From NCBI GenBank assembly GCA_002104945.1, contig MCFH01000060.1, positions 186,001 to 250,000 of the forward strand: 64,000 nucleotides of DNA, read 5' to 3'. This stretch comes from Piromyces finnis finn. Lineage: Eukaryota > Fungi > Neocallimastigomycota. The notes beneath the pieces are model-generated. The model made no database searches, was not told the origin of the DNA, and was given only the letters and a program-made list of their open reading frames with translations. Of the stretch, positions 37,761-50,950 are shown piece by piece (the first letter of the stretch is position 1; each line of letters starts with the position of its first letter). Both the position numbers and the translations under genes were made by a program.

Positions 37761-39049
37761 TTTTTTTTTTTCCCTCAAATTTATTAATATTATTAATATT
37801 TCTATCTGGGTAACCAAGTGCGTACTGAGTATATATATATATATTTATTTTTTTTTAATTTCTAGTACAATAATATTCTTTTTTTTTTATAGAGAGAGGT
37901 ATTGGTGTATTGGTGTATTGGTATAAAAGAATGGAGAGTTGTTTTGTAATAAATAGCAATTGATATTTTTGATAGAGCTGTAACTTTTTTTAATAATGGA
38001 TAAAAATTAATATTTCATTTTTCTTAGAGTTGATTTAAAAAAAAAAACCAATAAAAGGTCTTGTCTGAATAAAAAGTATCTACAAGGATAATAATTAAAT
38101 TATAGCAATTAACCCTTTATAAATGGGGAAAAAAAACTAAAATGTTCACTTTTTTTTTTATCAATACTTTAAAAAAGAAAAAAGAGAAAAGAGAAAATTT
38201 CAAGCAGTTTTTTCTCTTTTTTAAAATAATTATAAAGTATAATATATTGCATTATATTGTATTATATTGTATTATTTATTTAGAATGGATTGCAATACTA
38301 TTAAACTCCAATAAATTGATTCATCCATATATTATGCCATAAATTAAAATAAATTCATTCTATTGTATGTCACTATTTATTCATATATCATATCATAGAT
38401 TAAAATAAATTAAAGTCATAATATATTTAGGATTATTCCACCCAATAATAATAAAAAACGCATCCACTAAAAATTAATATAAATTAGAATAAATTAAATA
38501 TCCACACTATTCTATATTATATAAATAATATATGGTTTCAATATAATTATTTATATTGTAAATAATATAATTGAATTTACTTTGCGGAAAATAATAAATT
38601 AGAATTATATGTTAATTATATAAAATTAATTATTTTCCATATATTAATTTTTAATTTATAATATATGAATATTTATATTAAAAAACATCATTGAAAAGAG
38701 TGTCAAAAAGGCAGGCAGGCAGGCATGATAAAAAGAAGCGGTATAGAAAGGTGGGTATAATAAAAGGAAAAAAGGTAAAGAAAAAAAATAAAGGTAAAGA
38801 TAATGGTGGTTTATTCTTTTTATTCCTATTTCTATTATTATTATTATTATTACTATTATTACTATTTCTTTTGGTTTAATTTTTGGTTAAAAATAAAAAA
38901 AAAAGGATCATGCAAAGATTAAGGCTAAACATTTCATAAATTTTATAATGGACCAACAATGTTGCTATGTTTATATGGAATGTAACCTTTTTGTAAAGTA
39001 AAAAAAAAATTAATTATGTTAGCCTCTCTTTACAGCCATAAAAATAAAC

Positions 39050-39089
39050 AATCCGTCACACCTTTACCATTATAAAGGTGTGACGGATT
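39050..39089. other. Perfect 17-bp GC-rich inverted repeat with 6-nt loop
   Basis: AATCCGTCACACCTTTA-ccatta-TAAAGGTGTGACGGATT in AT-rich intergenic DNA. Confidence 0.9.
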
Positions 39090-40432
39090 AATAATAAAAG
39101 ATAACTTTAGTATGAATAAGCAAAATAAATCAAACACATCATTATTCTTTTTTTTTTTTTAAAAAAAAAATTGTATCAACATGTTAATTTTCATTTGAAA
39201 AGAAAGTGTTATTAGGCATCAATTCTAATAAAGGAATATCACCATCCTAAAGAATTATCATTATAATTAAATAATATGAATAATAACAAATCCACAATTA
39301 ATTTTGTGGATTATTTGTTCAAAATACTATAAAAAGTTGTTTTTTTTTTTTTTTTTTTTTTTTTGATTGTTCATTGCTTGTTTGTTCTCTTGATAATGTT
39401 TTGCGACATTCAATTAAAATACAGATTTCTAATTGTAATGTTGCAATAGAATGAAAGAAACTAAAGCTTTAAAAGTTTGTTAATGAAATGATCCTTCCTT
39501 CTAATGAAAAAGATTTATTTTAATGAAATATTCTTTTTTTTTTTTTTTAACCCATAACTTTGGCATATACGTCATAACAAAAAAAAAGGAAAAGGAAAAG
39601 CATGCCTTACCACCTACTTTATAATAAAAAAAATGGAAATGGTTTTTAGGTTTTTCTTTTTAAATAAAAAAATAAAAGAGCTTTTCCACCTTTATTTTTT
39701 TTGTATTCCACATTTTTTATAGTTTTAAGAAATGTGGATTAGAAAATAAAAAATCAAAAGGAATACATTTTATATTAAAGTCAATTGTAATATATGAATA
39801 TTTAAATACGAAGGTTCAATAGATTATATTAAAAAATAAATAAAACATATATTATCAATCTATTTTTATTATATGTAAACTTTAATATTTAAGATTATTA
39901 TATATTAAATTTAACGTGTTTTTTTGTTGTTTGAGGCTTTTTTTTCTAAATTTGTCATTTTCTCATTTGTTTCATTATCCAATTTATCTTCTCTATTCTG
40001 TTATATTATTGGTTAAATTAATTTATTTATTACATAATTCAATGAAATTTATAAAAATTTGTGATTTTCACGAATGTCACCATTTTAATAAAGGTGACAC
40101 AAAACTAAATAAATTAGGAACAATTTCCATGTTTTTTTTTTTTAAATAAAAACTTTCCATAGGAAAGGAAAAGGGAGAAAAGTATGAGGATATGAAGATA
40201 ATGAGGATGGTAAATGAAAAGAAAAAAAAAAGGTATTATTTTTTAATAGTAATAATGAGAAAAGTAAAAACCAAGTGCATGTATAAATTAAGGGTAGAAA
40301 AGATGGTTGAGCTACTAATGAATCTCCTCCAAAAAAAAAAAAGAAAATAATTGCCAAGTCGGTGGGTTATAATCACAACAAAGTTCAAGTAAATGTTTTT
40401 TTTTTTTTTTTTTAAATCCATAGAGCTGGTTT

Positions 40433-40467
<35 letters not shown>

Positions 40468-41131
40468 TGTGTAAAAAAGTTCATTTTATTAAAAGATTAA
40501 TAAAGATCGTCATTTTTATATATATATATTCCTTGGTTTAACGGTGTATTGATTATTTCTTTATAGGAATGTTTTTAATCCATATACCAAAATCTTGTAC
40601 CTTTTATTTTTGTTAATGGCTATATTGAATTTTAAAAAAATACTAATGCATTTCTTTTATCCATTATTTAATGCATTGTGAATAATTATAAGAGATGAGT
40701 TTATATTCACAATATAATACTAAATAATTATTATTAATAATAATAGTCAATATTAATAATAATTAGGGTCAATGATAATAGTATTATTAATAATATTACT
40801 ATTATTATTAATAATTATTAATGTTTGTTGCTGTGACTATTCATTTTTATTCTTATTAATAATTAACTGTTGTTGTTGCTACTGCTGTATTGCAACTGTT
40901 GTGCTGCTACTGTTGTGCTGCTGTTATTAATACCTTTTTTTTTTTTTTGTTATTAGTCATATTCCATCTTTTTTTATTAATAATTTTAATTAAAATTTAG
41001 CCTCTTAATTTTTTGTTTCAAATTATTTTTTTTTTATAGTTTTCATAGTTAAAAAAAAAAAAAAATTCCATTAAAAAAAAAAACTTTTTGTCAATTTAAA
41101 AAGAAAACATAAAAAATTAGACAAAAATAAA

Positions 41132-41743
41132 ATGTATCCAATGCCACAACCATACGGTGGTTATCCACAACAAGGATACCCACAACAACAAGGATACCCA
41201 CAAGGAAACGGTTATAATGGTTTTCCACCACCACAAGGAGGTTATAATCAATATGGTGGTGGTTATGATGTAGCCAATAATAATAATAATGATGATGAAA
41301 GTGAAAGTGAATACGAATATATTACTGATGAAGATGGTGATTATATTGAAGATGAAAATGGAAATATTTTAACTGCACAAGAAGCTCAAAATCAAGGTTT
41401 AATTCAACCATCTACAGGTGAACGTGGAATTGGTCAAAAACTTTTAGTAAGTACGTCTATTTTTGCTGGTGCTACTATCCTTAAAAAATATATTAAGAAG
41501 AAGTCAAAGGTAAAGAAGCAAAAACCTGGAAAAAAAAATAATAAAAAATCACAAGATTCCAATGTTAAATCTCAAACTCAACCTCAACAACCACAACAAA
41601 ATAATACTCAACAACCTCCAATCTATGGACAAAATATTTATGGACAAAATTCATACGGTCAAAATCCATATGGTCAACCCCAACCACCCTATGGATATAA
41701 TCCTAATCCTAATAGCTATGGATATGGTGGTCCAGGCTGGTAA
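41132..41743 (+). CDS. Pro/Gly/Tyr/Gln-rich low-complexity protein, paralog A (203 aa)
   Basis: Intronless. QGYP repeats, then a shared core EYEYITDEDGDYIEDENGNILT..EAQN.GLI.P.TGERGIG, a hydrophobic segment, a polybasic tract and YG repeats. Ends in W. Confidence 0.85.
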   Translation: MYPMPQPYGGYPQQGYPQQQGYPQGNGYNGFPPPQGGYNQYGGGYDVANNNNNDDESESEYEYITDEDGDYIEDENGNILTAQEAQNQGLIQPSTGERGIGQKLLVSTSIFAGATILKKYIKKKSKVKKQKPGKKNNKKSQDSNVKSQTQPQQPQQNNTQQPPIYGQNIYGQNSYGQNPYGQPQPPYGYNPNPNSYGYGGPGW

Positions 41744-44055
41744 ATTAAAATGTTACGAACAATCAACCAAAAAAAAATATAGTTATAAATGAAACTTTTT
41801 TAAAATTATTTTTATATTTTTAAAGATTAAAAATTTCATTGTTTTTTATTTCCATTTTCATTACTATTCAATTAATAAATTAAGAATAACAACAACAACG
41901 ACAACAATAACAATAAAGAGAAAAAGAGCAGGAAATACTATTATTATGTACCATATCATATATCATTCTTTTTTTTTTTTTTTATCAAAATATTAAAATA
42001 TTAAAGTGGTGAAAATAAATAATTAAACGTTTAAAGAAATTTTCAAAGACTAAATTTTAAAGTTATATAAAAATAAAAAAGAGACCAAAGAATCAAAAAT
42101 ATTCTAGGTTTAAATGTAAATATATACATGTATAAATTTTAATATTGAAAATATAAAATGTAAAAAAAAAAAAAAAATAAATTAAATATAAATTCATTAT
42201 TACAATTAAAACTATCAAGAATTTTAAATTTCATTTTAATATATATAAAAGTTAAAAAGTTAATTTAAATAGTTTTATATATTTGTTTTAAAATTTAAAA
42301 GATTTTAACACATTGAAAAAAAAAAAAAACTTTTTATTTTTTAAAAGAAATGATATACATTCAATAAGAATGCCTAACTCTAGTTCAACTTTAATAAGAA
42401 TCTAAAGTTATATAAAGTAATTTTTTTTTTAGTATTGCAATTTTTTTGTTATTATTTTAAATAGTAATAAACATTACTATACATTTATTATATATATAAA
42501 AGGGAACGAATGTTCACCTTTCCTCCCTGGACTTTATGTTTTAAATTTTTTTACATATTTTATTGCCACTGAAAAAGGATAAACAATTCAAGATTGTCTT
42601 TGAAATTATCTTAAGCTTATCTTTTACAAAATGAATGAACTGGTTTTTGAATTCGTCAATTTTTTAATATAATATTATTCAGTGAATAAAGTTAGAAACA
42701 CTATTACTATTACCACATCAAGAATAGATGTTGAGAAGTAGGTATCTAAACTAAGGATTCTTTTAATAATATTCTTTACATCTTTACATTAAACTTAAAA
42801 ATTCATACTTTATTACAATCAATTCAATCAATTTAGAAAAATCAAAATGTAAACTATAAATACTTTAGATTGAAAGGATGAATAAACTTTTTTTTTTTTT
42901 CTTTTTTAAATCTTTATTAATACTACAATTACTTAAAAATTGATGGAAAAAAAAAAAAAAAACAACTTTAGTAGTTCATATTTTATTATTCCTTTTAAAG
43001 ATGATTGAATTTAATTCAAAGGACTTTAATAAATAATATTCCAAGATTGGTCTATTGATTGACCCTTTTTGGTAAGGGGTGGATGAACACCAAAAGAAGA
43101 AAGTTGAAGCAATATAATAAGAAAATAGTGATGGAAGGGTAATAAAATTGATGATTTATTTAGCAAACCAATATGACATATTTTATTAAAATATCAAAAG
43201 CCATTTTATTCTTAACTCTCTATTCATTATTATTATGGTTAGAAATACCGTCTAAGGTGAAGATCCTTCATACATGTCAATTGTAAAGTTTTTTCCATTC
43301 CTATAAACTATTGTTATAATTAAATCATTTTCTCCCCTCTCAAGATGGAATATAAATATTTTTTTTTTCCACACCACACTAGAATAATTATACGCATTAA
43401 TATTCAGTGTATCATTAACTAAATTACTATTTAAACTAAAATATGTATATATATATATTCAAATTTTAAGAATTATCACTATTACTATTGTTAACTTAAT
43501 TATCATATTTAAAAAGATAATTAATATATATATATATATATTTTAAATAAAATAGTAATATTTTAAGATATAAAAGCCAGAATATATAAAATTAATTATT
43601 TCTTAGTAGATAACAAGAAAATAAAGAAAAATAATAAAATAAAAAAGGGTAAAAAGCATCATACATAATAATTTACACTTGAATTTATAAAATAAATAGG
43701 AATAGTAATTTTTTTTTTTAATTTTTTTTTTATTGTTGTAGTTATTACAAAGTATAAATAGAAAAAAAAAAAAAAAGCTATATATAAAAATAAAATGGTT
43801 ATAGATAATGATAATCACAATTGATAGAGTAGTTGTATTTAATAAAATATTTATATAGAGAAACTGTAAAGGATGTAATTTCGTAACAAAAAAAAATTAA
43901 AAGCTATTTATATCGTTTAAATAATTTTATTTTTATAGTTTATATTATTATTTATTAGCATTCATTGCTATTTATTGTTATTTATTGTTGTCGTCGTTGT
44001 CGTTATTTTATTTTCAAAAATGTTGATTTAAATATTCTTTTCTTTTTTAATTGAT

Positions 44056-44631
44056 TTACCATCTTGGAGCACCAAAACCTGGTCCACCAAAACCTGGAGC
44101 TGGAGCACCGTAACCTGGAGCACCATAACCTGGAGCTGGTGCACCGTAGCCTGGTGCGCCATAGCCTGGTGCTGGGGCTCCATAATTACCTTGTGGAACA
44201 TCTCTCTTATATCCAGCTTGTCCATATGGTCCTTGTCCTTGTCCTTGGTTATTCTTTTGCTTCTTAACCTTCTTCTTTTTCTTTAATTGCTTACGAAGCA
44301 TCCAAACTCCTCCAAGAACTGCTCCTCCAATTAAGAGCTTCTTACCAATGCCACGTTCACCGGTAGCTGGTTCAATTAAACCTCTGTTTTGAGCTTCTTC
44401 TGTGGTTAAGATGGTACCATCTTCATCTTCAATGTAATCCCCATCATCATCAGTAATGTATTCGTATTCACTTTCATCATCTTGTTGATTAGTGAAGTTA
44501 TTGTAACCTTGTGGAGGGAAACCGCCTTGTGGAGGGAAACCACCTTGGCCTGGTGGAGGGAAACCGCCTTGTGGTGGATAACCGTATCCTTGTGGTGGGA
44601 AACCACCTCCTGGTTGTGGCATTTGATACAT
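44056..44631 (-). CDS. Pro/Gly/Tyr/Gln-rich protein, paralog B (191 aa)
   Basis: Same core as paralog A. GGFPPQ repeats at the N-terminus and YGAPAPG repeats at the C-terminus. Near-identical to 49423-50037. Confidence 0.88.
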   Translation of the reverse strand: MYQMPQPGGGFPPQGYGYPPQGGFPPPGQGGFPPQGGFPPQGYNNFTNQQDDESEYEYITDDDGDYIEDEDGTILTTEEAQNRGLIEPATGERGIGKKLLIGGAVLGGVWMLRKQLKKKKKVKKQKNNQGQGQGPYGQAGYKRDVPQGNYGAPAPGYGAPGYGAPAPGYGAPGYGAPAPGFGGPGFGAPRW

Positions 44632-46349
44632 TTTTTAAGGTTGTTGTTGTTGTTGTTGTTACTTAAAAAAAAGGAATGTTTTTAAAGTAAAATAGTAATG
44701 ATTATTGAAATAAAAAAATAATTAATTTTTTTTTTGCTTTATATAATTTTTACCAAAGAAAAATAGATCTTACCAAAAAATCGTAGTGCCGCCTTCTTCC
44801 AAAATTTTTGTATTTTTTTAAAAAGGTCATTTGTTTCCCATTTTTTAAATGAAATATAAAGTTATATATATAACGTATATATTATGAATATATATTTTAA
44901 ATTAAATAATATATATAAAAATTTGATGAGATTTGATAAAACTACTACATTACATTACAATAATGTAAGAGAAGAATAGATGTTGAAATCAATTATATAG
45001 TATGTTAGTATATTTTAGATAATAATAAAAGTACACTTGTAAAAATACTTTTTACAGTGATATAACATATTAATATACACTAATTGTTATTAATGGTCTT
45101 TCTCTTCTTGAACATTTTGAATATGATGGTTGGCATGGCTTTTGATTTCAAATATAATTAACATGGATAATTTTAAAAAGTTTGAAAATAAGGATTAATA
45201 ATATTACTAATCATTATTATTAATCATTAATAATGAGGTATTCATCTCTTTTTATTATGAAATGAAAAACTTTTCTTGTTTAATAAACTATAAATAATAA
45301 TAAAATATAAAATAGAATATTCTGTTGTTGTACCTATTGTAGATTGAAAAAAAAAATTAGTATACTTTTTATAATTAAAATTTAAAAAATAAACTTTTTC
45401 AATATTATAATAGTGATAATTTAAGAGGTTCAGGATCATATACTTGCTGAGTAATGAAAATATACTAAAAAAAAAAAAAAAGCAATGAAAATGAAAAGGA
45501 ATGATAAAAAATGGACCAGCTTGCTTGGTAATAGAGTTAAACATTATTCCAAAATAAAATTCAACTATATTACAATACAATCAAATGATATATATATAAA
45601 ATAATTTTTTCTTTATTATTATAATTATAAAAAAAAAAAAAAAAAGCAATTAATACTGTTTTCTGATAACTTTTATAATAGTATTAATACACTATTATAA
45701 AAGTCATTGAATTAAAAGACCTTTTATTTTTTTTTCATTATAGATGTAGGCTAGATAGGTATATGTATGAATATATATGTATATGTGTATGTATGAATGT
45801 ATGTATTTCACTATGTATCAAATATATAAAGATGATTAGAAATGAAAAAATGTAAATGCATTTATGGATACTATTGTATATACTACTGATGCTATTGTAT
45901 ATGCTATTATATATACTACTGTATATGCTATTGTGTATAGTTTTGTATTTATATTTAAATCAATTAAGGTATAATAATATGATGATTATTTACATACTTT
46001 TTATATAAAATGTTTAAATAATAAACAATATTAATTTTTAAATTAAAAGTTTAAAAAGTTTGTTTTTTTAATTATTCTGAAATAGGAAAAAAAAAAAAAA
46101 AAAAAAAAAGGTATAAATACCATGAAAATGCAGGTGAAAATATTTTTTAAAAAAAAAAAATTTTTTAATAAAAAGTTTTATAGTTATAATAATAATAATA
46201 AAAAATAAATTATAATTATAAAACAAAAACAAAAACGAACTTAAACAACAACTATCAAAACAAATAAGCAAACATAATTATATCTTTCAATTTTTTTATT
46301 TTATTCTTTTTTTTTTAAAACGATTAATTTTAAAAATTAAAATAAAAAA

Positions 46350-47156
46350 ATGACTGAAAAACAAAACCCTGAAAAAAGTATGCCTCAAAAAGATTCTCAA
46401 CCATCAGAATCCCAATCACCAGAATATCAACCACCACCACCACCATATCAAGAATGTGAATCCCAAGAATATCAACCAAGGGAATTCCAACCTCAAGGAT
46501 ATCCACCTGAAGGTTATCAACAACCTCAAGGATATCCACCACAAGGATATCCACCTCAAGGTTATCCACCACAAGGTTATCCACTACAAGGTTATCAACA
46601 ACCTCAAGGTTATCCACCACAAGGATATCCACCACAAGGTTATCAACAACCTCAAGGATATCCATCACAAGGATATCCACCACAGGGACTCCAACCACAA
46701 GAACAAGGACACCCTTCACAAGATTATAATTCAAGCAATAAAGAAAATGAACTTGAATATTTCAAAGATGAAAATGGTAATATCCTAAGTATGGAAGAAG
46801 CCCAAAAAAGAGGATTGATAGGTGGTATTAATAAAAAGTTAATGATGGGAGGTACTCTTTTAACAAACTTTCATGATAAAAAGCTTATGAAAAAAAGTAT
46901 GAAAGAACAAAAGAAATTTATGAAGAAAAATGAGAAATTAAATAAGAAATTAATGAAGAAAAATAAAAAATTAATGATGAAAGATTGTAAAAAACTATTC
47001 GATCATAATCCTAATCAACATAATCTTGTTCCAAATTTATTAAAAAGTGATAAAAGAGATGCTTCTCAAGATCATTATAGTGCAGGTGGTTTAGCCGGAG
47101 TAAGTTGTCTTCCTTATAGCAACACAACTACTTATGGTACAACATCAAAATGGTAA
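46350..47156 (+). CDS. Pro/Gly/Tyr/Gln-rich protein, divergent paralog C (268 aa)
   Basis: QGYPP repeats and a partial core ([24 protein letters not shown]), then a Lys/Met-rich helix. Ends in W. Confidence 0.8.
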   Translation: MTEKQNPEKSMPQKDSQPSESQSPEYQPPPPPYQECESQEYQPREFQPQGYPPEGYQQPQGYPPQGYPPQGYPPQGYPLQGYQQPQGYPPQGYPPQGYQQPQGYPSQGYPPQGLQPQEQGHPSQDYNSSNKENELEYFKDENGNILSMEEAQKRGLIGGINKKLMMGGTLLTNFHDKKLMKKSMKEQKKFMKKNEKLNKKLMKKNKKLMMKDCKKLFDHNPNQHNLVPNLLKSDKRDASQDHYSAGGLAGVSCLPYSNTTTYGTTSKW

Positions 47157-49422
47157 AGGGAAAGGAAAATAAAAAAGAGAGAGAATCCTTTTAAATATAT
47201 CCCATATAATAATATACCCTTTAATTTTTTTTATCTTTTAAATCTCTTTTTTTTCAAGAGATTACAATTTTGAAATAATCATTAATGATGTGTAAATATA
47301 ACATATCATTTTTGACAAAACTTTTTACAATAGTTTTTGAAAATTTAAAAAAAAAAAAACAAACTAAAAGTGAAAAACAAAAAAAAAAAAAAAGGAAAAA
47401 AAATTCAAAGCAACAAAAATAAATCTATTAAAGGAAAAAAAAAATCAATGGAAAAAAGTAGTATACTCATAAAAAACAAAGGAATAATAAAAATAAATAA
47501 AAGAAAGAACATTAATTTTATAATGTTTTTCTTCCAAGTTTAAAAAAAAAAAAAAAAAGATTTTCTCTGCAATATTTATAAATTAAAAGTGTTTTATTTT
47601 TTTTTTAAAAAAGTTTATTTACTCTATAATCAATTTCTATTATTTGTTTTATAATTATTCTAAAACCCTTTTCATTAAAAAAAAAAAGTTTAAAATGAAA
47701 TATTTATATTGGAAATATACCATTTGTTATTTTTAACTTGGTAAAAATAATTATAGGTTAAGTGATACTGTTATTATAAATGTTATTATAATAAATCTCT
47801 ATAAATTATGATATTTCCTTTTTTTTTTTTTATTTTGTCCTATATATTTTATTTAAACAGTATTATAATAATTTGAATAGAATTTACTTTAACATCTTCC
47901 ATTTAAAATATAAGTGATTTAAACTTAACTACCATTGATTTTTACCTTTGAATTGAGATGTCTTTCACTTTTTTGATGCAATTCAATTAAGAATAATCAA
48001 TAGCATTAAGATATTTTTCTTTTCTTTTTTCCCTCTTCTTCTTTATCCTTTCATTTAATTATAAAATGGTAACACTCTCTAATGATAGTGTTTCATTATT
48101 ATTAAAGTACAAAGAGTATTTACTTTACATATTAATTTTGAATTTATTTATATTTTTTTTAAAAAAAAAAGTTTATCCATTTCTAATTGATCCTTACTCT
48201 ACATATACATGAATTGAATAACTTTTAAAAACTTTACTTTTTTCTTCTTGAATATATTTGATCTTTTCATATACTATCAGGTATCAGTAATTATCAAATA
48301 GACAAAATATTAAAAAACAATAAAAACATCATCTATAACAATTAATAGTATCAACATAATAAGAGATCGTATAATTACAGTTTTAAACAAATAAAATAAA
48401 ATAATCCAATTATAATATAATATTCAACCATAACTACATTACCACAAGAATATTATATAACCTGTTTTTATTTTTTTTTTCTTGTCAATGACTTTACAAG
48501 AAATGCTTGGGTATTATCAAGTCAAGCATATAGTTTTGCTAAAAGTTAGATTTTTAGAGTGCCTTGTTTCTCTGTTGTTTGACAGAATAATCTTTTATTA
48601 TTATTATTTCTTTTATAATTTTTTTTTTTATTTTTTTATGCGTTTGAATGTATTAAAACGTTTCATAGAATAATAAATATATAAAACATAGATTAACAAT
48701 ATAATCGAATATAAGATTTTTGTTGTTTTCATATTATTTTTTTATATTACAATTTAAATGTCAATTTGAAAATTTTTTTTATTAATAATATCCATATATG
48801 GTATATTAATTTAAATCTTTTTAAAAAAAAGAAAATTCTATTTTCATTATAAATCTTATTTAATAATAAATGGACATGATTAAACTTTTCATAAGATTCA
48901 TTTATAATATATGAACGATAAATGCATAATATTAAAAATCAATTAAATTAATTAAATTTTATATTAATTAAAATATATAGAGTTAATAAAGTAATTAAAA
49001 ATAAACTATAATAATATATATAACAATATATAATAATATATTAGTATAAATATATAAATATAATAACATATAAAATGACAACATGTAATAAATAAATAAT
49101 AATATAAAATATATAATAAATATATAATAAATAAATTGTATACATATAATAATAATATAATGTGGAATAAAATATTTTGATGATAAGGCAGTAAAATTTG
49201 ATAATGTCAAAAAAGCATATAAAAGTAAATAAAAAACTTTTTTTTTTTATTAAATATTTTTATTAAATCTTCAATCGTGTCAAAGAATAATTGACGTGGT
49301 AACATTTAATAAAGTTAAAAAGTAACTTTCTTTTAAAGAAAAAAAAGTAAACAAACCAAATAATATTTTTAAAAACATTCCTTTTTTTTAAGTAACAACA
49401 ACAACAACAACAACCTTAAAAA

Positions 49423-50037
49423 ATGTATCAAATGCCACAACCAGGAGGTGGTTTCCCACCACAAGGATACGGTTATCCACCACAAGGCGGTTTCCCTCCA
49501 CCAGGCCAAGGTGGTTTCCCTCCACAAGGTGGTTATCCTCCACCAGGTCAAGGTGGTTTCCCTCCACAAGGTTACAATAACTTCACTAATCAACAAGATG
49601 ATGAAAGTGAATACGAATACATTACTGATGATGATGGGGATTACATTGAAGATGAAGATGGTACCATCTTAACCACAGAAGAAGCTCAAAACAGAGGTTT
49701 GATTGAACCAGCTACCGGTGAACGTGGTATTGGTAAGAAGCTCTTAATTGGAGGAGCAGTTCTTGGAGGAGTTTGGATGCTTCGTAAGCAATTAAAGAAA
49801 AAGAAGAAGGTTAAGAAGCAAAAGAATAACCAAGGACAAGGACAAGGACCATATGGACAAGCTGGATATAAGAGAGATGTTCCACAAGGTAATTATGGAG
49901 CCCCAGCTCCAGGTTATGGCGCACCAGGTTACGGTGCACCAGCTCCAGGTTATGGTGCTCCAGGCTATGGTGCTCCAGCTCCAGGTTTTGGTGGACCAGG
50001 TTTTGGTGGACCAGGTTATGGTGCTCCAAGATGGTAA
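49423..50037 (+). CDS. Pro/Gly/Tyr/Gln-rich protein, paralog D (204 aa; inverted near-identical copy of B)
   Basis: The protein differs from B by +8 aa in the N-terminal repeats and +5 aa in the C-terminal repeats; there are also some silent changes. Identity extends about 52 bp upstream of the ATG. Confidence 0.88.
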   Translation: MYQMPQPGGGFPPQGYGYPPQGGFPPPGQGGFPPQGGYPPPGQGGFPPQGYNNFTNQQDDESEYEYITDDDGDYIEDEDGTILTTEEAQNRGLIEPATGERGIGKKLLIGGAVLGGVWMLRKQLKKKKKVKKQKNNQGQGQGPYGQAGYKRDVPQGNYGAPAPGYGAPGYGAPAPGYGAPGYGAPAPGFGGPGFGGPGYGAPRW

Positions 50038-50950
50038 ATAATCAGTTAGAGATCATCTTGATTTAAAGTCACTAATAAATAATCATTACATATCTACAAT
50101 GACTTTTTAAAATAATTTAAATTGTAAATTACATAAATACCCAAAAAAAAAAATATATCAAAAAAACAAAACATAAAAACAAAAAAATTGTATGAAAAAT
50201 TAATTATAAACGCTCATCAGAACAATATATTTTTTTATTATTTATACATACAAAAATAATAACTCTCTTTAAACCTTTAAAAAAGTTAATATTACTATTA
50301 ATCACATATATATATTTATAATAATAATAACTTAATAAAAAAAAAATTAAAAATAGAAATCTTTTTTCTTTTTTTTTTTAAATGACGTGTTATAAAGAAA
50401 TTTAGTTTGTAGATTACTGTTAAATATTATCCTTACTATATATTAATAAAGTAAAGATTGTAAAAATTAAGAACATAAATATTTTAACTTTAGAGTTTCA
50501 TATACAATGATATAATAAAAGCAAAATATAAAGCTTTCAAACATAAAAAGCTATCAAGTATAAGAGAATAGGTATATGAAGGCATTGAGTAAGGTATGCA
50601 AAAGTATTAAAATATACAGTTAATTTTAACAAGACAAGATTGATTAATGGAATAATGACTTTATTTTCTCATTTCTTTTTCATATTTTTTTCTAATAAAA
50701 AAAAAATATATATATATATACGAAAAAGAAAAAAAAAAACGGTCATAACTGCTAAAATAAAATTAAACTTTTTGGTTCATGAACTATTTAAATCTATTTT
50801 TATTAATATTTTATATATATATATATATATAAAAAAAGATTAGAATATTTTTTTTTTTTTTTTTAATTATTTGTTAAAAGAAAAGTTTTAAAATATTGAT
50901 ATTTTTTGAAAAGTTATTTTCAAATAAATATTATATATATATATTTGAAA

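Noticed and set aside
34087-38118. AAGGG-TTAA (34087, 34118) and TTAA-CCCTT (38110) resembling piggyBac ends or telomeric units
   Set aside because: They face outward rather than enclosing an element, no extended TIR or transposase is present, and there are too few units for a telomere array.
42980-43320. Protein-like fragments (DWSID*PFW*GVDEHQKKKVEAIYKKIV, DDLFSKP)
   Set aside because: Possibly an old pseudogene, but too broken to assign by eye. It needs tBLASTx.
45865-45940. Imperfect ~11-bp tandem repeats (TGCTATTGTATA-like)
   Set aside because: A degenerate minisatellite with no unique spacers.
47880-48560. Higher-complexity patches with short minus-strand peptide-like runs
   Set aside because: No sustained frame or recognisable motif.
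44028-50041. Many short overlapping ORFs across the P/G/Y/Q genes
   Set aside because: These are alternative-frame and antisense by-products of repetitive GC-richer codons.
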